A stretch of DNA of 23,684 bases. Source: Seison nebaliae (taxonomy: Eukaryota). Positions 11,121 to 22,799 of the stretch are shown here, in pieces. The stretch spans positions 62,001 through 85,684 of the forward strand of contig JALJEE010001281.1 in assembly GCA_023231475.1 (NCBI GenBank), written 5' to 3'. Both the position numbers and the translations under genes were made by a program. The notes beneath the pieces were generated by a model. It was not told the DNA's origin. It searched no databases and saw only the letters and a list, made by a program, of their open reading frames with translations. Every line of letters starts with the position of its first letter. The first letter of the stretch is position 1.

Positions 11121-12143
11121 TTACGCTTTCTTAGAATGTTTCAACAGCCATTGTAATGTGATATCTTCAAATGAAATTAAAATAATCATGATGTTAAAAA
11201 TAAAATAAAAGTTCAATCAACCTAAATTTTTGTTCTCACGACAGGAAATCGAATAACAACAAAGTTCCCGAGTAGCGTTTTGTCCGTTCAATTGCCTAGA
11301 ATAAAATTCATAAAATTTAATAGAAAAAAAATAATAAAATTTTCAGCTGAAATAATTTTAAAAATTTGATATAAAAAAAATTAATAAAATTTCATGAAAA
11401 GAAATTTACAAAATTTGATGAGAAAAAATTAATAAAATTTCATGAAAAGAAATTTACGAAATTTGATGAGAACAAATTAATAAAATTTCATGAAAAGAAA
11501 TTTACAAAATTTGATAGGAAAAATAAAAATGGTTTAAATTTGACAGAAAATAAAAGACTAACAATGCATTAATTAGATCATCAGAATTCATTGCATTTGG
11601 TAAATCGTTCTTGTTCCCTAGAATCAATACGGGAATGCCATCGAGTTGTGGCTTGTCTAACAAATTATGAAGTTCTGTTCGTGTCGGTTCAATTTTATCA
11701 GAATCAGCTGCATCGACCATATATCTATGAGAGGAAGTGGATGAATAAAAAGAGAATAGATGAAAAACATTATTGCATTTACTCCACGACAATATCGTTC
11801 CCACATGCTACGGAATCGAGCCTGTCCCCCGATATCCCACAACTGAGAGAGTAAAGTGTTTAAAAATTTTAATAAATAGAAATTGATCAAACTTTAATAG
11901 ACATATTTCCTTTCGTTATCTTCTTCATGTTGAATCCAACGGTGGGAATCATATTCTCGTTGAATTGTCCATTCTGGAGAATGAGAGAATTGAAAGAGAA
12001 ACGACAAATGTGAAATGAACGGCGATGACATTGACGAATGTGGTTTTGCCCGAATTCTGCAGACCGACCAACGTCAATTCCATCTCCTCCTTCCAGAAGA
12101 GACTCTTCAACCAATCCAGAAACTTCGATAGGAATGTTATCAT
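11121..12143 (-). CDS. ARL8: ADP-ribosylation factor-like GTPase 8 (lysosomal Arl8), 185 aa
   Basis: Exons 12143-12021, 11973-11893, 11842-11769, 11724-11563, 11295-11222, 11164-11121. Motifs [73 protein letters not shown]. Confidence 0.98.
11361..11516. repeat. 48-bp minisatellite, about 3.2 copies, inside ARL8 intron 4
   Basis: Unit AAAATTTGATGAGAAAAAATTAATAAAATTTCATGAAAAGAAATTTAC repeated in tandem with few mismatches. Confidence 0.9.
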
Positions 12144-12982
12144 TGTAAAGATAAATATAATAGATAAATCTAAAGAGGAAATTGAGAGGGAAATTATGAA
12201 GATACATGGGCTATCATGTGATGAGAGAAGAATGACAAATTCGAAATTTTTCTTTTGTCCCTATAACCAGTTATCGACTTTGTCTCCAATATATTAAACG
12301 AAATTTATTTTGTTGAAAACATAAAAATTATGAGTAAGATGATCATTTGGAAAAGATCTGATATGTTTCACACTTAATCCATTCAAAAAATTAAGCCGAA
12401 TATCACACGAAATTAAAGGAAGGAGTAATTGTTTTCTCTCTTATTTTTTTCTCATTTTTTCTCATTTTACCCTCATTTTTTTTGACAACGAACTTTGCTT
12501 CTAATACAATTGCTAATTTAAGTTTTTCTTTCTCACTATATATAATGAACGCTCATTTTTAATACTTTTTTCTCATGTCTTGTTCTAATTATTTCTCTAA
12601 TTTCTCATGTTCTAATTTCTAATGAGTCATATAATGAATTGAATGTAGCATAAAAATTACGTTTCATATTAATGTTATGGTTGATGGTTTAAAGGCAACG
12701 ACATTATTATTTGGCAATGCTTATTCGATATTGGTAAAAATAACTGGGTATTATTTGAATTGTAAATGGAATTTTCGAGTTTTGTAACTTATCAATTGAG
12801 AGGAACGATGAAATTGATAGATGTGAGTTAGATAAAACGAATAAAACTTTTAATGTTTTATAACGAGAAAACGAAAGAAATTCTTTTAAATATTTCGAAA
12901 ATAAAATAATAAACAAAAGTATGAATTAAAGTATCAGTAATTGTTGTAGAAAGGACGAAGATTTATAAGGGAAAGATAAAAG

Positions 12983-15115
12983 TTATAAGTGATGGCTAGG
13001 AAACCACTTCTGTTTATCAGATGATATGTCGCAACTCTTCACTCGAACTGTTCCGATCGAATCGCCTTCGAAACATTTTGCAATCGACATTTGTTTGATT
13101 GTATTCGTAATGTTACTGTATTGTACGAATTGGTTTCCTTTCATTCCATGACAAGAAAATAATTTAATTGGAGATCCTTCCTTTTCAATAATCACAACTT
13201 AATTCATTTTCGAGTGTAAATATTTAATAACTTCGCTGAATGGAGTATCGGCACATACATCGTGATGTTTTCTTTTCATGTCTTGCTTCCAAGTGAATTC
13301 CCATCTTTCTCCTTTTAGGCAATCATCCAGAACTAAAATGGAATTTCTTTAAAAAAAATGTGAGAACTCCAAAAACAATTTCACCAACTTTCCAGTAATA
13401 CAAAGTGATTTATTCACTTTCCATTGTACGAATCCGGAAGCATATGGCAATTTTGGGATTTTCGGATAATACGATTCCAAATCGTAGAGAACATTCTTCA
13501 TATACCAATCGAACGATTTACATTCTAATTGCGTCCTAATTATTTTCATCTTCTCAATATTTTTTCCAACATCTTCATGTCTATTTAATAATTAATAATG
13601 ATAATAATAATAATCCATTATATAATAATTAATAGAATTAAAATTATAACTTGAGATATGGTAGTCGTTTATAAACATATTCCTTATACTCATCCATCCA
13701 CACTTCCACTACTCTTTTCAAATTGCGACCAAGACTAAATTGTCCACCAGAAGTATGTCCACCATAAATCCGATAAATGTGACCGATTCTCGAACAAGGA
13801 ACATCAACCATTCGACCACCACATTGCCAGATCTGCCGAAAGAATTGGAAAAGGATCGTCTGAAAATGATGAAAACCTTAAAAGAAATTTCATATTGTTC
13901 ACCTCCCCACACTTTCAATTCTTCGTCATAACCACCGAGTTCCCAGAACCACCGTTTAGTGATGGCGAATAAACCACCCGCCATTACCGGTGATTCGAAT
14001 GGAACTGAATGAACATATCCCACTCCGTATTTAGTAGGTAGTCGTTTGTAATCCATATTCCAATCGAACGCACCTCTCGCACCTTGATCTTGTTCACGGA
14101 AAGCAAATGTCTTCCCATCGATAATATCGATGAAGGGACAAGCAACCATCTTATAATTTTTAGCGATTTCATCTGATAATTTTCTTAAGCTTTTCACAAA
14201 TGAAAGAGAATGGGAAACGGAGTAATGGTGGTAGATAGTTATGTTGACATTCGATATGAGAATCGAGAAATAGAAGAACTTCACCTAAAAGAGAAAATTT
14301 GAATGAAGAAGTTCGAAGGAATTGTGAACTTTTGGCAACTCGAGCGCCAGCCATTCTCGCTTTCATCAATCCATTTTGTTCCGATAATAATTCAAATTTA
14401 ACTTCAATCTTATCAGTAGAATTCTGAATGGACATTGCATATTGATGTAATTCATCGAACTTAATTCCTTCATATCGTCACTAGTTAATGGCAGGAAGTC
14501 AAATTGAATGAAAACTTGGTTTACTATTATCATCAACAATGATAATTTCTCTCAAATGTTCCGATGCTCGATTGATCAGAGACGTAACCGATCGATACAA
14601 AACTGATGATAATTCATTACGAACCGTAATAATAACTGAAGTATGAGGTAATGTTCTAAAGTATTTCGTTCTTAAACATCTTTAAACAAAAAAAAAAATT
14701 TTTTAATTAACCATTTTCAAATTAACTTCGGATGTCGTAAATCAGGAAGAGAACGATCATAAACTAAAGCGTCACTCACAATTCCTTCAAATCCATGATA
14801 ATGTTTCAAGCTCTCATGTAACGGATTTGCTAATTGTTCATTGCTTAATAGAAATGGTTTGCCTTGCTCTCCATTCCCATGACGAAGACGATCTTTCTTC
14901 AATGATTCTAATCGATTATAATTCACCAAATCCTCCCATTTCTCTTGTTGATTTAATGAGGGAAGTAGCTTTCTCTCGTTGTCATGGTAATCAGTTAATT
15001 TCAATTGAACAATCTTTTCCGGTCTCAATACGTCAATACTTATTTGTTTTAAAATCACAATAATGATAATGATGATGAGAATCCTCGTTAGTTTCTTATA
15101 AGTAAATCGTCGCAT
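12983..15115 (-). CDS. GALNT10: Polypeptide N-acetylgalactosaminyltransferase, GALNT10-like, about 579 aa
   Basis: Nine exons: 15115-14727, 14679-14516, 14467-14330, 14284-14219, 14172-13877, 13832-13651, 13580-13389, 13346-13232, 13180-12983. Type II TM anchor, GNGEQGKP, RSLPDLRHPKC, EIIIVDDNS, DxH motif FLDSHIEC, GARGAFDWNMDYKRLP, PFESPVMAGGLFAI, WGGEQYEISFKIWQCGG, and a ricin-type lectin domain (CHGMKGNQ). The subfamily is assigned from remembered motifs. Confidence 0.93.
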
Positions 15116-16009
15116 CTTCTATTCTTTCGAGTGTTGTGAGAAATTCAATTAAATTTACCTTTCTTTCACTCCATTCTTTCTCATCTCATCATTCCATTGT
15201 CACATCTGTTCTTCATTCGATATTCACACTATGCACACTTTTTAAACAATGAAAAATAATTATCAAATTTATTATGAATTATCTCTCTCTACTACACTCA
15301 CTGCACAACATCTACAATATTGAATCAATCATCACGAATCTGAAAAAGAAGCAACTGGGAAGAAACTTCCTCCAAACATTTATCGTCTAAAGTACAACCA
15401 AATCTGTTTTAAAACTGTTACGAAACTATTAAATTAAATTTTCAAAGAAATATATTCGATATGTTTCGTTAGGACAAAAATGTTTGAATGACTTGGGAAT
15501 TTCTTCTTACAATCATAAGAATGAGAAAAAAAATCAATAGAATTATGAGAAGAAGTTGTAGAAGGAGAAATTGATTTGTAATTAGAGAAAATAATATCGA
15601 GTTAGATAATGTTAGTTTGTTTGAGTTGTTGATAATTGAAGATAAATAAGTGGACAATAAGCATATCAGATAAACGACAGGAAGTGTAGAATTAAAAAAG
15701 AAATTTGAATTTTTTTGAAGTTTCACGTGAAATTCAATTCAGAGCTTATCGGACAATTGCAATCAATTTTCTATGCTCCTTTCAGAATCTTTACATCACA
15801 CTTACTATTCTCATTATTCAATTCAATTTAAGAGTTTCTATGAAAGAACTTTTAGTTCAGAAATAACTATCATATTTCTTGGATTATCTCCATCTAAAAA
15901 CTATGAAAATTTCTTAATAATCTTTTGAAACTTTTGATGTATCTCAAAATATCTTATAACAAACTTTTAAAATTTTTATTTTTATAGATCGAGTGATAGT
16001 TATCGAAAT
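15116..16009. promoter_or_regulatory. Intergenic region between divergently transcribed GALNT10-like and LRPPRC genes (possible bidirectional promoter)
   Basis: Head-to-head start codons about 0.9 kb apart; no specific element confirmed. Confidence 0.4.
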
Positions 16010-19000
16010 ATGTCTTTATTTCGATTAAGTAATTTAAGGAGTTTGAATCGATTCTCTTTCTTTTCATTTCAACGACAAGATCGTTCATATCATTTGTCAT
16101 CGGTAAGAAGGAATGAATTGATGGAAGAATCGAAAGAGAAAAAAATATTCAAATCATCAGTTTCGTTGACGGATATTTATCAGACAATATCTGATTGGCA
16201 TCAGAAGAAAGGTCGAATTCCGATTCATTGTGTGAAGAATTTGAGAGAGGATTCCCATGACATAACAGAATTAACACATTTTGAATTGATGAATTTATTG
16301 AGATCGACTGGTCATGAAATGAGTACGATTTCGAATGAGGAACGTTTAATTCTCTTAAATGATTTATGGAAGAGAATTGTCGATTCGAAAATTCCGTTAA
16401 CGATCAATTACATAAATTCTTATTTGAATTCAAGAATGAAATTGAACGATACTGAAATGGAATTAAATGGAATTCTGAAAATGATTCAGGAAATGGAAAC
16501 AGAACCGAATAAAGTGACGTATCAATTGTTGTTGGAGAATTGTGGGAAGAGTGCGAATATTGGCGATGCTCAGAAAATTCTGCAATTGATGAAAACTTCA
16601 AATTTTGCAATAAATGAAAAAACTTTCGCTGCATTGTTAGTGGCACATATTCGTTCCAACAATTTATCAGCATCGAAAGATATTCTCAATATTTTGAGAG
16701 ATAGAAATATCGAATTGAGTGATGAAACACGATTGGAAATGGTGATGGCACATTCGAATGTGTTGAAGAATAGTGAAAAGTTCTCGTTGAATTCGAATGA
16801 GATGGATGAACATTCGGACAATTTAGTAAAGTTGTGGAAAGAGTTCGCATCGAATAAATTGGTGGATATTGCTCCAATTCAAAAGAATATTGAATCATTG
16901 AAAGATATAGAAATGACACAATTCCTACCACTCAGATATGGAATCGATTTATTACGTGATGGAAATGTGATGGTGAGTAACGAGAGTGGAGAAACGGTGA
17001 AATCGATAAAAATCGTTTATGACGATCTGATGGAAAAGATGAAGGAGACGATTGGACTACTCAATCTCGGATTGATGAGTCGTCGAGAACGATCGATGAA
17101 TGAAACGAGAAGAATGAATGATAATATTCCTGAACGATTATTAAATCAATTGGGAGGATTGAGAGATGTATATAATGCCGCAGTTTCATTCTCAGCAAAT
17201 GGTCAATATGAAATTGCAACGAAATTATTAGGAATGCATTTAAATGAGAATTTAGATAATCAATTATCATTCATTTATCCATATCGACATTCATGTACTC
17301 ATCAATTCATCCGATTATCATTATTTGGTGAATTGGAAGATTGGAAGTATTTGAATGAACAAGAACAAATCGAACGATTAAATTTGGCAAATGAAAATTT
17401 CGGGGAATTAATCGATCTGATGGTTTTCAATGAAATTGTCTCGAGAAACCGATCGACATATCTCGACAATTTATTAGGAATTGTTTATTCCACCACCGCC
17501 TTCCGTTACCAGAAGAGAAGTGACGAATATAAAACGACGGTGACGAAATTGACGACGAATATTCTTCAGGAATTAATTCAAGACAATTCCGCTTCCAATT
17601 TCCTCTATTTCGCACCGTTACTCAAACGACATATGGGAAATGAGGAATCTCTCGTTAATTTATATCAGAAAGCTGATAAGACGAATGCATATCCGTCATC
17701 TAGTGAATTGAACATGTTACATTTTACAAACCGTCACAAAACCGTCGATGATATGAAACTGAACAATGAAGAATGTAAGAATTGGATGAATAAATCGAAT
17801 GTTCCAAAACGCATTCGAAATGTATTTCCCGTCGCCTTAATCGAGAACAATTTCGATATTCTCAATAGTTGTCAGGAAGATGTGAAAGTGGAAATGTTTC
17901 AGGAATTGAACAAATCTTTCGATCAATTCTCGAAACTTTCAGGTGAATTTTCGACTTTCTCTTATCGTCAATTCTACGAATTTATCACTGATCAATTGGC
18001 AACAACTTTCCGACGTCTCGAACAATTTTCTGAAGAAGAGAAAAAGGAATTTCTTCAAAAATTTCTTCCTTTTTATATTGAACAGACAAAATCAATTCAG
18101 AATAATCTAATCAATTTCTCCAATTCATTATCGAAAGAGAGTGAGAATATTTCGAGATTTGAGAGTGGTCTCTTGAAGACTAATTTACGAGACTGTTTCA
18201 ATCTCCTCACCATCCATCATAGATCATTCGTCAATTTAGTGACGAGACTATCCGAAGAAAATGAACGAGATACATTGAAGAATTTATTAGATGGAATTTT
18301 CAAAGAGAATCCATTAATGATTGCTCTCAATAGTTATGAGGAGAATGTGAAAGGACAATTGATGGAAGAGAATTTGAGGAAATTGTTTGATCAAGAATAT
18401 ATTGATGAGTTAAAGAAATCAACTGATTTCTACGTTTATCAGAATACGAAGGAATTGATTATGACTGAAATGAATGATGATCGACGAAAATTACTTAAAG
18501 AATTACATCGTGCACCAGTTACTACACCAATGAAGGAATTGGAAGATGGTTTAGAAGAGATGAAATTGGCATCATTGCCACGTATCAATTTACAATTACG
18601 TCTCTTCCGTCAATATATGCAATCATCACAATTTGTGAAAGCGATGGAATTATATGACGAATTAAAATCAATGAAAGTTCATCAATCTGATAATATCGAT
18701 GAGAATTATTTGAATATTGTCGAGAAAGCGGTTCCAGTATATTTATTGAAATTAATTACGTTGCCTGATATCGTCCTAAATTCCAATATGGTATCATTCC
18801 CTAAAGAATTGACGAATGAGAATGATCGAAAAGAATTAATGAACAAATTGAGAAATCGTATCACCGATCCTAAAAGTCAATTACTCCAACATTGGCAATT
18901 GAGAGATATTCTTAATTATTACACAACCTCATTCAACCTCACCAGTACGATGGTGGAAGAGCAAGAAGAAGAAATTGGGAGTTTGATGAAAGATTTGAAA

Positions 19001-20983
19001 TCGTTTGAAAAGCGTCATAAAGAGGCCATAGCAAATTCAGAACAACATATGTTTGATGATCGTCAATTATATCAGAAGAATAGAGATCAGTCCACTATCC
19101 AAAATTGTTATGTTTCTCTTGTGAAAAATTTCATCAATTACGTATATGAAATGGAGAAATCGTCATCGAAACCATTGGAATTATCGACGATAGTGAAGAG
19201 AGTGGATGAATTAGTTGATGAATTATTCAAATTAAATTTATTCCAATCGAATAACATGAAATTCTTGTGGAATACGATTCTTCGTTCGTTCATCGATTTG
19301 AATAAAACGAAAGAATTCCAATCGGAAGAATTTAATGAGACTCTCATGAAATTCTTCAAAGATTCCATGGCACAAAACCGACAAATGATAACAGAAAGTC
19401 TATTGAAACATCTAGTAAAATATGAAGATTTGGATCATATTCAAGAAATTTATGATATCGTTCGAGAGCATTATGGTCCAAATAACGCCATCTCTGATTT
19501 AGCATTCGCTTTCCTCTCAAATCACCAAATCGAACAAGCCACACGTCTCCTCAATCTGCCCACTTTCCAGCCTCGATATGATCGTTTCCTCTACCAATGT
19601 CAATTATTAGCTGAGAACGAACAAACGGAAGAATTAATTGTAGCTTATGATTTTTTGGCGAAACGGAACTTCCAATTTAGAGAAGAACATTATCGATATC
19701 GATTATTGTCATCACGAAATGACGAGAAGATGTTGAAGGAAATTGAGATGGAAATGAAAGAGAATAATATTCATTTGTCTCAAATCAGTCAACAATTCCT
19801 AATGAATCGTTCACCATTATTGAAGGAAATGATCAATTCAGATGAGAAGAATATTCCCCAATTGCCTAACAATTATCAGAAGATGATACAATTATTGAAC
19901 GAGAAACAATTTTATGTCGCTATGAGAATTTGGAGTCGTATGTCCTTCCAAGACATGTCAGACGAACTACTCTTAAGTCCAACCAAAGACATCGTTTCCT
20001 ATTTGTTAAGAGGCTTAAAAACGATAAAGGACGAAAATGAACTTCAACGAATTCGACAACGTCTCAACACCATCACAACTCGATTAGTGTCTGCAAATAG
20101 AATGGAAATTATCAGGTTAACTTCTTCATTGCCTCTCCAAATTGTATCTACATTCCTCAAAATAAATATTTTGAATTTTTTAAAGGCATTTATCAGAGAT
20201 CGAACAAAATGACACTTCATTTAACGGTTTCAAGAATGCTTTAATTCGAAATGACTTACGGAAAGAAGATATTGATGAATTTTTAGAGAAAATTTTAAGT
20301 TAAATTTTCTTCTAATTATTTCTCTGAAAATCATATTTCTTTCCATATTCTATTCCCTCTATATTCACTTGTTGTCAGATGGAACTATTGAAGATCCGGA
20401 ACTTTATTTGAGGAACAATTTATTTACAATTTTCAATAGAATACGAAAATCTCCAAATTTTGAGAATTATAGAAATAAAGTTTATCTAATAATAATTTCA
20501 ATTTTTCATCAAAATCCTTTTTAGTTGGAACAATGTGTCGCTTTTAGTGTGGATGGAACTAAAAGAGATTTTCTATTAGATGAATTGCTGACGCAATACC
20601 TTCAAAATAACAATTTGGAAGAAGCGAAAAATTTGATAGAAAATGGAATTGGCTTATCGGAAACGAAGGCACCGATGAAGAGGTTGAACATTCTTCAGGA
20701 TTTGAAGGAAGATGAGAAATTGGAGAAATTTGAACGACTAACATTTCTATTAGAAATGATGGAGAAGAATTTAGAGAATAAGAATAATTCAAAACTGAGA
20801 ATTATTCTTTTACAACGAAATCTATATAATAATATTCGGATGAAGGACGTAGAAAAGGTGAAGGAGAGTCTTCAACAGCTCAACCAATGTTTAGGAGCAC
20901 CCAATCTCACCGACCGAATGAAAGGCGATTGTCGAACATTATTAATTGCGAAAGACTACGATGAATTAGTTATGAAGAAATAA
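16010..20983 (+). CDS. LRPPRC: Leucine-rich pentatricopeptide repeat-containing protein, mitochondrial (LRPPRC/bsf ortholog), about 1592 aa
   Basis: Exons 16010-20115, 20186-20298, 20379-20479, 20525-20983 join in frame. R/S/L-rich presequence; PPR block EPNKVTYQLLLENCGKSANIGDAQKILQLMKTSNFAINEKTFAALLVAHIRS resembles LRPPRC QPNRVTYQRLI...GDIEGASKILGFMK...EAVFSALVTGHAR; a later block, DLAFAFLSNHQIEQATRLLNLP, also matches. Confidence 0.88.
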
Positions 20984-21288
20984 AATTATTATTAGCTCCA
21001 ACATATTTCACTTATTTTCCTGAAAAAATATTTTCCTATTTGTTTTTTTTGTTATCATCAATCCGATTATCAATGAAATTTACAGAATTTCTAATATTTC
21101 GAAATAAAATTTAATGTTTATTAACTATAATATTCAATTATTAAAATATTATTTCAAACGTAAGAAACGTTTCTTAAAGTTTTATCCACAAAAAGGAAGC
21201 AAATTTATACTCAACATTCAAAATAGAAGTTAAAAATTACTACATGAACAATTATAAATCACTTTTATAAATAGGTATCCAAAATAAC

Positions 21289-21545
21289 AGAAACTTTTTT
21301 TGAAGAAAGTTTTTATAATGGAACATGCCATAATCAGGACAAACCACAATTGGGACAAAAGACAATTGAAACACTAAAAGTCGGGACGGACGGCAATCGA
21401 GTTTTCATAATTTTTTTTAGTTAAAAACTTTCTATGAAAAGTTTTTATAAATTTATATTAATAAAGGAACATGCGGCAATCCGGACAAAAGAAAATCTGG
21501 ACGAAAGACAATCTAGACAAAAGACAACAGAGTTTTTATAAGTTT
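21289..21545. repeat. Diverged tandem pair of about 130-bp units, each with internal 16-bp subrepeats
   Basis: Both units (about 21289-21410 and 21423-21545) contain AAACTTT..AAAGTTTTTATAA, GGAACATGC, 3-4 copies of a GACAATCTGGACAAAA-like unit, then GAGTTTT.ATAA. Confidence 0.75.
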
Positions 21546-21795
21546 TAAATTAATAATTTTTTTTTTTTGTTCAAATTGAAATTAATTAAGAAAGGTGTCT
21601 CGGTTAGACAATATTATTTTTGAAAACTTAAAAATAGGACAACAAAAAGAACTAAAAAGGTTTGAAACTTGAAACTGTTTATTTTAGACAAGAAAGGTGA
21701 TTTATATAGAAGCAAGCAAAACACGAAAAACCATAAAACAGGATCCAAATTTCTGTTTGCTTTAACTGTGTGCAACAAAAGGAAAGCATTAATCA

Positions 21796-22778
21796 TTGAG
21801 CAGTGGAAAATTTTCTATAATGAGTCAAAGTACGAGTACATCCGATTCTATCTGTCTTCCCGATCAAAATAATAATCCTCCAAATGCTATTAAAGAATCT
21901 GATAACAAGAAACCAAGAGGAAGACCAAGAGGAGTGAAGAATAAGAACAACAATACACCAACCTACCGTAAAACAACTTGGTTGGATGAAGAAGATGAAA
22001 ATAATTGCACAGTTGCACGACAGAACTTGTTGCAATACAATTAAAATTAAACCTAATTCTCTCCGAAAATACCAACTTGAGAAAAGAATTGGAGATTCTC
22101 TCAGAACGAATGCTACAGTTATCTGAAAGCGTACAGTGCATTAACAATAAGTTAAGCGACAACATTTTGGAACAAGATCATTTGTTCACAATGGTCAAAT
22201 CCATTTCTGATAATAATGTCCTTTCAAATTCAAATTTGAATAATTCCGTCGTTCAAAATAAGTCGAATAAGAACCAGTCGAAATTCGACGGCAAATCTAA
22301 GAAATCATATGCTGGCATGCTATATGGTGGATCCGACGACTTCTGATTCTACCAAACGACCTCCGACCAATAATCCGATTATGAATGAGAAGATAATTAA
22401 ACCTTCTAAAAAGAAAACTAAATCCAAAAACCAAAATGGTTCTTCATCTTCCTTCTCTGGTGAAGCATTGTCTGTATGTATTAAAGGAAGAGAACGATGA
22501 CCTTTCATTCGTACGAAAGCTGTGATTATCAGGAATGTAGTGGCCCACACGACTGTTGATATGATGGCAAACTTTTTGAATGATATGAAATTGCCATTCA
22601 TAAATTTATGGAGATTACGTCGAAAATGTTGATTGGAATCCTGGATGATTGTGAATCCAGCACCAAATGTTTCATTGTAAAATTCGCAGAAGAGCATTCA
22701 GAATCGTTCTTCAAACCTGGGAATTGGTCGCTGCACACTTTTGTGCGAGAATTTGCAGAGGAACCTTACCTTTACTGA
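21796..22778 (+). mobile_element. Degenerate ORF1 of a non-LTR retrotransposon (frameshifts and stops)
   Basis: Successive frames give an AT-hook-like KKPRGRPRG, a coiled coil (LSENTNLRKELEILSERMLQL), SYAGML, and an RRM-like region KAVIIRNVVAHTTVDMMANFL...CFIVKFAEEHSESFFKPGNWSLHTFVREF ending TGA at 22776-22778, directly upstream of RT sequence. Confidence 0.7.
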
Positions 22779-22799
22779 TTCTTCTAAAATTCTTTAATT

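Noticed and set aside
11361..11516. CRISPR-like array
   Set aside because: Contiguous tandem repeat without unique spacers, in a eukaryotic intron.
241..20524. U12-type (minor spliceosome) introns as the explanation for odd donors
   Set aside because: No RTATCCTT donor or TCCTTAAC branch consensus; positions +4 to +8 are variable.
16404..20792. Minus-strand ORFs within LRPPRC
   Set aside because: Short antisense shadows with no motifs.
1..20983. Alternative genetic code or stop-codon readthrough explaining the fragmented ORFs
   Set aside because: All interruptions in conserved genes are resolved by GT-AG introns; no in-frame stop remains in exons.
10821..20984. AATAAA overlapping the stop codons of the ZP gene (10821-10826) and LRPPRC (20979-20984)
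   Set aside because: AAA-TAA-A arises easily by chance in this composition; no evidence of use as a poly(A) signal.
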